Positions 13,190 to 25,019 of a stretch of 64,000 nucleotides of DNA are shown here, one piece after another. The position numbers were made by a program, and so were the translations under genes. Each line of letters begins with the position of its first letter. Positions within the stretch are counted from its first letter, which is position 1. Below the pieces are notes generated by a model that saw nothing but the letters and a program-made list of their open reading frames with translations, searched no databases and had not been told where the DNA came from. Source of the stretch: Mobula hypostoma (lineage: Eukaryota); contig NC_086097.1 of the NCBI RefSeq assembly GCF_963921235.1, positions 10,230,001-10,294,000 on the forward strand. Direction: 5' to 3'.

Positions 13190-13207
13190 CCTCTCTCCCT
13201 CTTTCTC
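12957..13207. repeat. (TC)n / C-T low-complexity tract, about 250 bp
   Basis: Pure pyrimidine run; it explains the SL/ER low-complexity ORFs. Confidence 0.98.
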
Positions 13208-13239
13208 AATTGTTGCTAATTCTCAGATCACAGAACTTG

Positions 13240-13620
13240 GGAAAAAGGCAGAGCAACAGACTTTTAACACCTTAAATCAGTGAGTTGTTTTTGTTATGTC
13301 TGCCCGCTCACTGTGAAAGGAGACACCTCTTTCTCCCTTTATTAGGGAGAAAGACAGCCTGTGTTGTGTCGAATGGTCGGATTTTATTTTAGTTTTTTTG
13401 CAGATCATGGTCTTTATTGGGGGCTTTGCTGTTGTTTGGTGTTTGGTGGGTGGCGGGTGCTGATGCTTGTTTTGAGGAAGTGGGTTGGGGTGGGAGATAG
13501 TTGTTGCTTTGCTGCTGCTTATGTGCGGGAGGAGGTGTAGGGGCAACTTTGGGTTCTAACACTTTAAATGTCATTCATTCTTTGTGGCATTCTTCTGTTT
13601 TTGTGGATGTCTGCGAAGTA
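13240..13620 (+). mobile_element. Non-autonomous retroposon (SINE-like family, probably Rex1-mobilised)
   Basis: gacttttaacac...gagttgttt...ctccctttattagggaga...tcattcattctttg shared with 21950-22337 (+), 43800-44150 (-) and 47610-50290 (+). Confidence 0.7.
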
Positions 13621-14860
13621 GAGTAGAGCTACTAGGGCTTGATGTTTCAATCCCTATGGTAAGTCGGTACTCCCAATGTTGGCAGCGGGTTTGGAGTGGT
13701 GACAAAGAGGGAGGATAGATACGTCATCGGGGTCATCAGGTGGGCACCCTCCTTCTTTGACATTTTTTTGTTAAGCCCACGACGTCTTCAGAGGGCTCAA
13801 CGGTGCTACCTGGCGTCCCAGATATTCAGCATGCACATTGCATACATTTCTCAGATATTAAATAGAACTATTGAACTATTGAATACTGAACAAAATAATT
13901 GTTATTCTGGATCTGATACAGCACAAAAAAGCCCAATAAGTCAAAGGACACAAATAAAATAAAAGCCCCATAAAATACACAAGTTGTATACATAGATTGA
14001 TTGTATGTCCATAAAGTGACGCTGGGCACAGAAGTGTTTGCACATAAAGTGACTCTGACAGGAAATGATAAAGTAGTTGTGGTTGGGGGTGTGGAGGGGT
14101 CGGTTAGTGGGTGGAGGTGTTGATCAGCCTTACTGTTTGGGGAAAATAATTGTTTTTGAGTATCAAACGCGAGGAAATCTGCAGAAGCTGGAAATTCAAG
14201 CAACACACATCAAAGTTGCTGGTGAACGCAGCAGGCCAGGCAGCATGGTGGTTTTGGTGAGCTTCCTCCCTGATGGGAGTGGGACGTACTGTCCATGAGC
14301 AGGGTGGGTGGGATCCTTCATGCTGGTCTTTTTCCGATACCTTTTTCTATGAATGTCTTTGAATGTGCAAATGCCGTGCAGCTAGCACCAGAGGTCAGGA
14401 TTGAACTCAGCTCACTAAGCTGTGTGGAAGTAACTCTACAGGCTGTGTCGCTGATCTGTGAGGCAATATCCCTGTGGGCTGTGTCACTGAACCATCCTAA
14501 AAGCCAAGAGGAAATGAAGACATAAAGAATGTTTGACATGGTGGGAAAGGTAGCTTGTAAATGGGAAGTACTGGAAATCAGTCACTAAAAATTGAGAAAT
14601 AGACAATGTTTCAAGGCACTAACTTTGCATCAGATCTTACCTTTTGAAGTGTAGTCATTGCTAGAATGTAAGGAGTCATGTGTCAATTTGAGCTTATTGT
14701 CAAGAACACAAGTTAGATGAAGTATAGTACAATGAAAAACTTGCTTGCAACAGCACTTGGTTGGAGTTAACATACAAAATATAAATTTTACATAACATTT
14801 TACTGTACAGTAAAAAATTAATAGTGCAAAAACAAGATCTCAGTGCAAAATAAAATAAAT

Positions 14861-15413
14861 ATACACACTGTGGCCACTTTATTAGGTACACCTACACACC
14901 TGCTCATTAATGCAATTATCTATCAGCCAATCGTGTGGCAGCAACTAAATGCATAAACGCATGTAGACATGGTCAAGAGGGTCACTTATTGTTGAGACCA
15001 AACATCAGAATCAGAAAGAAATATGACTGAAGCAACTTTAACCGTGGAATGATTGTCGGTGCCAGAGGATCTCAAAAACTGCTGGATTTTTTCACCCATG
15101 ACAGTCTCCAGAATTTGCAGAGAATGGTGCAAAAACCAAAAAAGCATGCAGTAAGCATGGGTTCTGTAGGCAAAAATGCCTTGTTGATGAGCGAAGTCAG
15201 AGGAGAATGCTCAGACTGGTTCAAGCTGACAGAAAGGCAACAGTAACTCAAATAGCCACACGTTACAACAGCAGCATACAGAAGAGCTTCTCTGAATGTA
15301 CAGAGCATCAAACTTTGAAATGGATGGGCTACAGCAGCAGAAGATCATGAACATACACCCAGTGGCCACTTTATTATGTACAGCAGGTAACTAATAAAGT
15401 GGCCATGAAGAGT
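14861..15413 (+). mobile_element. Tc1-like non-autonomous DNA transposon
   Basis: TIR gtggccactttattaggtac at about 14869 and inverted taataaagtggcca at about 15392; degenerate N-terminal transposase (SNFNRGMIVGARG...). Confidence 0.75.
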
Positions 15414-15489
15414 ACAATCAAAGGCAAGTCCATCGTAAAGTGAGTCATTGTCCATTGTGGTCCATTGCTGAGGTAGGGCTACAGTTGTG

Positions 15490-16170
15490 CAGGTAGCAAC
15501 ATCTATCATTGAGGACCCACATCACTCAGGCCATGCTCTTTCCTCACTACTACCACCGGGCAGGGGGTACAGGAGCTTCATGTCCCATAGTTTCAGGAAC
15601 CGTCATTGCCCTTCAAACATCAGGCATCTGAATCAGCATGGATAACTTCATTTACCACAACCCTGAACTGATTTCACAACCTATGGACTCTCTAAGGACT
15701 CTACAACTTGGTATTATTTATTTACTTGAAAAAAATATTTGCATGATTTGTCTTCTTTTGCACAATGATTGTCAGTCTATGTTACTCATAATTTTTCATA
15801 AATTCAAAGATTCAAAGCACGTTTATTATCAAAAAATGTCTGCAGTGTATAACCCGAGATTCGTCTTCCCACAGTCAGCGACGAAATAAATAATACCATG
15901 GAACGCTTTCAGAGAAGATCCTTACCCCCACCCCGTCCCATGCGCAAACACAAAGTTAAATTGTGCAAACGGCAACAAAAAAAATCAAAAACACTGAAAA
16001 TAAAGCACAAAATTTAAAGTTCACCCATATTCCGCTCAACTCAATGTTTAATATCTTTATTTCCCTCTAAATGACTGCAGAAAAAATGAATCTCAGAGTA
16101 GTATATGGTAGTATATACAGTATATGTAATTTAATGATAGATTTACTTTCAACTTTGAAGTTTGGACTTT
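15490..16170 (+). mobile_element. Rex1/Babar 3' end (degenerate) with an internal insertion
   Basis: DPHHSGHALSSLLPPGRGYRS-like coding remnant and actttgaa tail. Confidence 0.65.
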
Positions 16171-16759
16171 GATTGCACAGTAGGGTGTCAGTGAGATAGA
16201 GACCAGATGATCAACACTTAGGTGAAGGACAGATGAAGGTGAGCATCTCCAAAGGTGGAACACAGCAGTGAAATCCCACTGTGACTGATGTGGAGAGCGA
16301 AGTAACCCTCAAGCTGCTGTGTCAGCAGAAGTATTAGTCTCTGAGATAGTGTTGACAGCATTTATGCTATGGTAACAGTTAATGTCTTTCAGTCCGTCAA
16401 CAGATGATTGGAAGATACCAGATTGCATTGGCCCTGGTGGCAATGGTGTAGATGACTTATTGGTGTTCATTTTTGGTCTCATCTAGATAAGAGGATTATA
16501 GTTTGTAGTAAGAGAACTGAATGAGATTGGCTGGTGGTAATACATAGATATAGGAATGCTAACCATGGAAAAGTATCATTTTTTTCCTATTGTGTTCCAT
16601 TGTGGAAAACATAGTGTTCACATTCTAAAATCCTGTTTCCAACAAGTACAGATTGAAATTCATGTTACAGTATATAGATTGTTTTATTTTCTAAATGCAT
16701 AACATTAAGAAAATAATGACTATCTTATGCATGAATAAAGATTTGTAGTTTGCCTAGGG

Positions 16760-18575
16760 TCAGATCTGTGGCATTCAAGACTGGTAATCAAAAACTGTAC
16801 AAGAAATCCATGTGCAACCTATGGAAGGCTATTTTAAGCATGAGAAATTCAGATTGAGGTTAGAGATGGAATTGAATGCACATCAGCTCTGGTAGGGTTG
16901 GCAGGCAATTATTTCCTACAATATGAAACGCAACATCATGAATAGCTTTGAGGCTTCACTCTCAGATGAGCCTTTTATACACACATTGAAAGGGAGAATA
17001 AAACTACACCTGTACAAATTCCTGCAGCATCTGGTGACCCTGTGATCTTTGTCTTGGAGGTCGATGTCAGAACATCTTTCAGGAGGGTGAACCTTTGCAA
17101 GGCATCACACCCTGATAGTATGCCTGGTAGGGCTCTGAAAACGAGTACTATCCAATGGGTGGGAGTGTTCAAGGACATCTTGAATATCTCACTGCAGCAG
17201 TCAGAGGTTCCATCTGAATTCAAAAGGGTGACAATCATACCAGTGACCAAGAAGAGCAGGGTGAGCTGCCTCAAAGACTATCACCCAGTGGCATTCACAT
17301 TTACTGTAATGAAGTGCATTGAGAGGTTGTTCATGGCTAGAATTGACTCCTGCCTAAGCAAGGACCTAGCCCAATTGTAATTTGCTAATCGCCACAATAG
17401 GCCTACAGCAGATACAACCTAACTGGCTTTCCACTCAGCCTTGAAATCCGGAGTTGGAGGGGAATTGATGTGTCACCAAAGGTACTCACGAGTTTCGACA
17501 CATGTACCGTGGAGGGCACTCTAACTAGTTGTATCAGCCTCTGGTATGGAGGGGCCACTGCACAGGATCAGAAAAATCTGCAGTAAGTTGTAAACTCAGC
17601 CAGCTCCATCATGGGCACTAGCTTCCCCAGCAATGAGGACCTGTTCAAAAGGCGATGCTTCAAAAAGTCAGCATCCATCATTAGGGACTTCCAACTCCCA
17701 GACATGCCCTCTTCTCATTGCTACCATCAAGGAAGAGGTACAGGAGCCTGATAACACATGCTCAACCTTCAGGAGCAGCTTCTTCCCCTCTGCGGTCAGA
17801 TTTCTAAATGGATATTGAACCCATGATCACTACTTCACTAATCTTTCTCTCTCTTTGTGCTACTCATTTAATTTAATTTTTATATACTATTGTAAGTTAC
17901 ATTTGTGGTCTCCTAGGGATAAAATACAAGAAGTAGCTTCCCCTTGCTTGCTTCCGATGCAGTGTCTTTACAAGACGGGTGACCCTGACCATTGTCCTAT
18001 TAAAAGGATCTACCGCTCAGCATCTGAGCACGTACATTAAAAACAGAATACTGCAATGCTACAATTATTCCATCCTGACTTATGGAAGTGAATGCTGGAC
18101 CATTTCCCCAGCATTGGAAAAGAGACCAGAAGCAGCTGAATTATGGTTCTACAGGAGAATGTTAAAAATATCATGGACCGCACACACATCAAATGAAGAA
18201 GTTCTCAGAAGACCCCAAGCAGTTCGATCACTCATACCAACAGTAAGAGAAAGACAACTCAGATTCCTAGGACACATCATGCGGAAAGATGAACTAGAAA
18301 AACTCATACTCTCTGGAAAGATTGAGGGGAGCAAACCTAGAGGAAGACCTCGGTTTATGTACATCAAAAGCATAGCCAGGTGGCTACACATCGAGGAAAT
18401 GGAAGTCATCCAAAATACGAAGGAAAGATCTATATGGAAAACCATGGTCACCAATGCCTGCATCGGATATGGTACCTAGACAGACATTGTAAGTTACAGT
18501 TTTATTATTACATATTACAATGTACTGCTGCAGTGAAACAACAGATTTCATGAACTATACTGTACCAATGATTTT
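16760..18575 (+). mobile_element. Rex1/Babar LINE, internally deleted, host of an RTE insertion
   Basis: ORF 17042 KASHPDSMPGRALK...DYHPVAFTFTVMKCIERL (RT N-terminal part); ORF 17633 FRSSFFPSAVRFLN; 3' UTR split by the 17902-18485 insertion. Confidence 0.85.
17902..18485 (+). mobile_element. 5'-truncated RTE LINE with a patchwork 5' extension and 13-bp TSD
   Basis: ORF 17979-18479 YGSECWT...AAELWFYRRMLKISW...NEEVL...FLGHIMRK...GKIEGSKPRGRP; TSD attgtaagttaca at 17889-17901 and 18486-18498. Confidence 0.9.
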
Positions 18576-18954
18576 TGGTGCTGAGCGTAAAACTGTAAAA
18601 TATTGACATTATGGAAGTGAAAATTATATATTTTAAGGATTACAATGCTTTGCTAACAATGATTTTTGTTCAAAAATAAGATTGTGACACTTTGCTCCCT
18701 TCACAATCAGAAAAACCAGAGAAAATCAGAGAAAATCTTCATTTGTCACTTGTATATTGAAACGTGCAATGAAATGGTGTCATTGGTGTCAGTGACTAAC
18801 ACAGTCTGAGGATGTGCTGGGGGAAGTCCGCAAGTGTTGCCTTGCTTCTGACACCTACATAGCATGATCACAACTTACTCACCCTAATCTGTACTTCTTT
18901 GGAATGTGGGAGGAAACACAAGCACCTGGAGGAAACCCATGCATTCACGGGGAG

Positions 18955-19230
18955 AACGTACAAATTCCTTACAGATAGTGGTGGGAAATGTATAAACATA
19001 CAAATTCTTTACATATAGTGGTGGAAAATATATAAACGTACAAATTCTTTACAGATAGTGGTGGGAAATGTATAAATGTACAAATTCCTTACAGGTAGTG
19101 GTGGGAAATGTATAAACGTACAAATTCTTTACATATAGTGGTGGAAAATATATAAACGTACAAATTCCTTACAGATAGTGGTGGGAAATGTATAAATGTA
19201 CAAATTCCTTACAGGTAGTTGAAGGAAATG
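18955..19230. repeat. 40-bp minisatellite (about 7 units) inside a V-SINE
   Basis: Unit aacgtacaaattccttacagatagtggtgggaaatgtata, starting every 40 bp from 18955 to 19195. Confidence 0.95.
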
Positions 19231-19435
19231 AACCCTGATGGTGATCACTGAGTCTGTAAGACATTTCACTAACTGTTACTCTACCATGTCAATCATTAAA
19301 TCAACCAATTAAATTGATAATTAAATTATTGAAGTGATCATGCATTACTTTGGTAAGTTCATATGATGTGTGATTTTGATTGCTTGGGTTAGCATCTGAT
19401 ATCGCTCATTCATATTGCCGAAATTTCCAGTTATT

Positions 19436-19780
19436 ATCATCATCATCATTATGTTTCGTGCCATATGAGGTGCGCAATCATGACCTATGACCATGATTAT
19501 TCTTGGTAGATTCTGCAGAAGTGGTTTGCCATTGCCTTCTCCTGGGCAGTGCCTTTACAAGACGGGTGACCCCAACCACTATCAATACTCTTCAGAGATT
19601 GTCAGCCTGGCGTTAGTGGTCGCTGAACCAGGACTTGTGATCTGCACCAGCTGCTCCCATGGCTTCACATGACCCTGATCAGGAGCTAAGCAAATATTAC
19701 ACGTTACCCAAGGGTGACCTGCAGGCTAATGGAGGGAAGGAGCACCTTAATTCCTCCTTTGGTAGAGATGTACCTCTACC
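19436..19780 (-). mobile_element. RTE-type SINE with (GAT)n tail
   Basis: Matches 51165-51520 (+), 55703-55903 (-) and the tail at 31818-31885 (+). Confidence 0.75.
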
Positions 19781-21048
19781 TGTTTATACTCTCTATAAAA
19801 CAGTCCAGAAAGCTGGTACCACAGAAATGAACATCTGATCTGAATTATTCAAATATCTCAATTTAATGTTTTACCATACATCACCACCATTCTGAGCTGA
19901 CTTTGTGGCATATCGTGAAAACGTTTTTTATGGTAGTGTACATTTGAATTTCAATTCCAATCTACTTACATCATGTCTGCAGTGTGTCGCAATGTGAATA
20001 ACTGAATATGAAAAATGCATAGATTTTTGTGCACTGTTTTTGTCATCTAAGCAGAAATGTGTACAATGATTTGTTGTGCTTCGGCTGCTTTCAATCTGCC
20101 TTTGCTTTTTAAATGGTTTATTCAATTTTTTTTTCACCAGAAAGGTCCTGCTGTATTGAACTTAATGCTCAATTCATATGCAAGAACAATGAATAGAAAT
20201 TTAAAACAAAATACATGTCGATTATATTCATGAAGGAAAACTCTGCTGAAGAAAATTGTAGAGCCCAGCATATTTTCAACAGAGTGGAATTTCAGAAAGA
20301 CCATGATTGGATCTGTACATTTTTCACTAAGTCATTTCTTAGAAATTCAGGTAGCTGACATTCTTCACATCTGTTCTCTATTTGCCAACAGTAAAGACAT
20401 CTATGGCAGTGATAAGCCTAAGGTGATTGTCTCACTTGCTCCCTTGTTGAAATGTTCAATTATTCCCTAAAGATTAATTTAGATAGCTGTGTCGAAGGCT
20501 AGGAGGTCAATTGTGATGTTAGCATTCATTTCAAGAGGACTAGAATGTAAAAGCAAGGATGTAATGTTGAGGCTTTATAACACACTGGTGAAGCCTCACT
20601 GAGAATATTCTTGATTAGTCAGGGCATAAAGGGATATGAAGAGAATGCAGGAGATCAGGGCTGAGAGGTCAAATGGATCAGCCATGCTGAAATGGCAGAG
20701 CAGACTTGATGGGCCAAATGGCCTTGGTCTGCTTCTAGATCTTATTTCTTTGGAAAATTTGATCAGTTCTCTCATAGTGATGTAAAGTTAGTTCCAAACA
20801 TTGCATCAATGTATTTGAGTATGTTACTGAGTGACCAGCTCACATAAAGAAAAATCACAACTGAAAAGTTATAATAATTTATATGAGGACATAGGTAATA
20901 TAGACCCTTGATCCAGTGCTGCTGACCAGTGAGATCATAGCTGATCAGATCTTTGGCTTTAACTATATTTACCTTCTCAAATCCAACAACCATGTCATGA
21001 GGGTCTATGGATCTATCTGCCTTACCCTTAAATACAGTGAAGTAATTC

Positions 21049-21179
21049 ACAAACACGAGGAGATCTGCAGATGCTGGAATTTCAAGCAACACACATAAAA
21101 GTTGCTGGTGAACACAGCAGGCTAGGCAGCATCTATAGGAAGAAGTACAGTCGACACTTCAGGCCGAGACCCTTCGTCA
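21049..21179 (-). mobile_element. Penelope-derived short element with 10-bp TSD
   Basis: TSD gaagtaattc at 21039-21048 and 21180-21189; truncated within a mutated hammerhead core. Confidence 0.85.
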
Positions 21180-21214
21180 GAAGTAATTCCCAATGTTCTT
21201 AAGGATATAGATTT

Positions 21215-21485
21215 CCAAAGTCAGCAAATTCCTTCTAAGACAAGGGGCCCAAAACTGCTCACAATATTCCAATTGAAGCCTCACCAGTGTTTTATAAAGC
21301 CTCAACATTACATCCTCGTTTTTATATTCTAGTTCTCTTGAAACAAATGCTAACGTCATGTTTCCCTTCTTCACCACAGACTCAACCTGCAAATTAACCT
21401 TTAGGCAATCCTGCACAAGGACTCCTAAATCCCTTTGTGCATCAGATTTTTTGAATTTTCTTTCCATTTAGAAAATAGTCTGTCT
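21215..21485 (-). mobile_element. CR1 LINE RT C-terminal fragment
   Basis: ORF 21177-21467 QRDLGVLV...LYKTLVRLQLEYCEQFWAP. Confidence 0.88.
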
Positions 21486-21499
21486 TTTTATTTATTCAG

Positions 21500-22596
21500 G
21501 AAGTCCTAGAATGTGATTACAGAGAAGACACGTGGAAGTCTGGTAACATGGCTACAAGAAATGGACCACTGACATTCATAGTGGATGTGGGAAAGCATAC
21601 ATAGAGATGTCACGTGGACCAGATACTGGATACTCGGCTGTAGAATACACCTGAGTCAGCTGCATCTAAAAAGACGGACACATTACAGCCAGCGGACTTA
21701 CCTCTCAGTGTTGATCAAGTCATAAACAGCAATGTGACACCTGCTGGCTTAGACAAGACCCCTGCCAAACCTGAGGCCACTCCACAGGTCCAAAGGTGCT
21801 ATCCTGAAAGAAACAGAGTGCCATCCAAAAGACTGAACCTTTAGAACTGTGAAGTTAGTTATGGACTGTTATTGTGAAAGCATGGTTATTTGAATATGTT
21901 TTGTTAAAGGGAAGTTGAATGTTTTGTTACATACACAGTTACATATACAGAAAAAAGCGACGATACGGACTTTTAACATCGTAAACCAGTGAGTTGTTGT
22001 TATGTCATCTGCTTGCTGTGAAAATGGGGGAAACCTCCCTCTCCCTTGCCAGGGAGAGAGAGAACGTGTGGGTTGTCGAAATTCGGATGAAATGCGAAGC
22101 CTTTGGGGTGACTTTGGTCTGTGTCTTTGCTATTATTTAGCGCACGCTTGGGCTCAGGGATGGTACTGATGCCCGTTTTTTTTGCTGGTGGGGAGAGGGG
22201 GTTCTCACGTTTAACCGTCGTTCATTCTTTGGGAGACTTCTCTGTTTTTGCGGATGTTTGCGAAGAAAAAGCATTTCAGGATGTATATCGTATACATTTC
22301 TCTGACATTAAATTTGAGCTTTGAACCTTTGAACCTTATGTTACATTAATCTAAAGGGGGAACATATGGAACTATTTCTTTTAGATCAATAACACTGCTT
22401 AGCACTACATTTGAATTGATAACTTACCTAACTTAAAGGTAAGCGTTGATAACTTACCTATGCTCACTGATCTGTTGTCTATGCGTGCACATTGCTCTCT
22501 CCTTCTCTTTCTCCTTGCAATGTGAATACACCAGTTAGCCACATCTCCCATGTGCATGCTTTTATTTAATTGATATATAGTTGTACAGACACAACA
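21500..22596 (+). mobile_element. Gypsy LTR retrotransposon 3' remnant (integrase C-terminus, PPT, 3' LTR); SINE inserted at about 21950-22337
   Basis: GPLTFIVDVGKHT*RCHVDQI...RCYPERNRVPSKRLNL*; PPT aaaggggga at about 22353; LTR-like segment ending acaaca at 22596. Confidence 0.65.
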
Positions 22597-22601
22597 GTAA
22601 C

Positions 22602-23401
22602 CAATAGTCCCTCTAAGACTGAGTGTGTGCACACATGTACAAATCTTATGCTACTAGCGCACAAAGGAATTTAAACTGCACACAAAAGGTTGTCGCCCTC
22701 TACCTTGTTGCAATGTTGAGTATATTTCAAGATCGTACACAATTACATTTCTATTTCCAGTTTCTGATGTGGACAATGTTGATAATGTGGAGTTTGTGAT
22801 GGTTTCTCTGCAGATTTTGGAACTGGCTTATTTATACACTTTCTACTGAAGAAATTATTGATTCATTATGTCAAATTCCAAAGAAACAAAGATCGTGAAG
22901 CGCAGAAGAACTGCCAGTTCATTTAAAGCAATATTGTTTAATGAAACAGTAGTAACTGCCACACCGAAAGCTCATGAAGTCAGGAACATGCAGCTACAAG
23001 AAATATTTACATACAATACAGAAACTGGTATTACCTGTGTGTATTGTCGCGATGCAAAATTTGCTGGAGAATTTGCAAGTGGGAAGTAGGGTGATATTTG
23101 GAAACTTGTCATTTCAAAGCATCATTTAGTAAACAAATCATATATGGACAGTGTGTAAAATCTCCAGTGAGAAAATCCTTCATTACCCACTATAGGCCCG
23201 TTATGTATGTTTTGTGGGAGTGCAGATGAGTGAGAGCGGAAACGATCAAACTCAGAGGAGATCAAAGTTTTTGTTGACAGTGCTTTGCTAGCTGTTAAAA
23301 TGTATATAAAAATTCAGTGTGCACATGTTGCCTCGGGGCAAAAAATGGAACAGCACAAGATTTTTGCGCACACGGGTCAATACAAATTAGAGGGGACGTT
23401 G
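22602..23401 (+). mobile_element. Internally deleted hAT transposon with TIRs and degenerate 8-bp TSD
   Basis: Ends caatagtccctctaa / ttagaggggacgttg; TSD acagtaac / acggtagc; N-terminal transposase remnant with CxxC (TCVYCRD) in ORF 22868-23089. Confidence 0.8.
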
Positions 23402-23609
23402 ACGGTAGCCATTAGGAAACATACTAATTAGTTGCATGTATATAAGTTATATAAAATACAAGCAGACAATTAGTTGTTAAGCTACAAGGAAAATAACAAT
23501 TAAACCCTTTAATCCAATACTAAATAAGGAAAATAAATTTGTGGACAATACTCCAGATGTGGTTATGGTGTGAACATGCAGTTTTCATTAAACAATACCA
23601 AAAATTGAA

Positions 23610-24265
23610 AGCCCCAGATATAGTGGATGTGGAGAGGATGCTTCCTCTGGTGGGAGATTCTAGAATCAGAAGCTCTTTTAGAGTGTCCCTTTAGAATAGA
23701 GATGAGGAGGAATTTCTTTAGCCAGAGGATGGTGAATCTCTGGAATTCATTGCCACAGATGGCTGTGGAGGCCAAGTCTTTGGGTCTTTCCACTGAGGCA
23801 AGGAAAGAAAAAAAAACCAGAGGACATGGGTTTAGGGTGAGGGGGGAAAAGTTTAAAGGGAACATTAGTGGGGGCTTCTTCACACAGAGAGTGGTGGGAG
23901 TATGGAATGAGCTGCCAGACGAGGTGGTAAATGTGGGTTCTTTTTTAACATTTAAGAATAAATTGGACAGATACATGGATGGAAGGTGTATGGAGGGATA
24001 TGGTCCGTGTGCAGGTCGGTGGGACTAGGCAGAAAATGGTTCGGCACAGCCAAGAAGGGCCCAAAGGCCTGTTTCTGTGCTGTAGTTTCTATGGTTTCTA
24101 TATTTAAAGTGAATGTTGATAACTTGAGATTAGTAAGAGTGTCAAAGGTTACAAGAAGAAGTCAGGAAAATGCGGTTGAGGTGGATAATAAATCAGCCAT
24201 GATGGAATGGCAGAGCAGGTGTGATGGATCAAATGGTTTAATTCTGCTGCTATGTATTATGGTCT
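23610..24265 (+). mobile_element. Two nested CR1 3' ends (about 23785-24100 inserted into the other)
   Basis: ORF 23627-24028 contains two successive FFSQR...WNxLP motifs; (tttctatgg) tail at about 24085. Confidence 0.85.
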
Positions 24266-25019
24266 TCCTGGTTCCTGGCTTCATGGCTGATCCTGGTTCC
24301 CACTCAATCCCATACACCTGCCCTCTTGCCATATCGTTTGATGCCCTGACCTATCAAAGCACATGAAACCTGTCTCCTTTTCCCTTGTCTCTACTGCACA
24401 GATATGTGATACATAAGACCTGTATTCATTCAAGTACAGCACAGTGAGTTATCCCATTTGAAAGCAATAGTTTAGTTATTTTCAATAATTATCATTATTT
24501 ACCTTTTTAGCTTATCCATTTTTCTTAATTTGGTTGATGAGTTGTATTTTCTTCTGGATATCACTTCTTAATTCAATGGAATCTTGCAGTGTTCCTTTCT
24601 CCTTCTCCACTGGATTAGCCTCTGGAATATGTTGATAATCACACACCTCTTCAACATTCTCTGTACATCTTTCTGAGTAATTAAGTGATTTCCAGGGAAT
24701 ATTTCTGATTCCAGCTCCTTTCTTGACAAGGTACCCATTGATGCCACACTCCAGCTATTATTCAACATCCGATTTATGATTGTTGCATCTGTTCGATGTT
24801 GCTAATGCAAGAACTATATCAGGATGTTTAAACTGTCTCTCTCTATGACTTAAACCAATCTTAAACCAATTTCCCCTGGGATCAATAAAGTATGACTATG
24901 ACTATGACTTCAATCATAATTCCATTTCTGCCTCAACTGCACCATTGCCTTTTCTCCACAGCACTTAGCTCAATTGTGTTCTGAGTTCACCACAAATTGG
25001 AAAATCAGCCAGCATGTAT

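Noticed and set aside
12802..13275. ER-rich and SL-rich ORFs
   Set aside because: Translations of the (TC)n microsatellite.
18955..19230. CRISPR-like array
   Set aside because: Contiguous tandem units without unique spacers, eukaryotic context and no cas genes.
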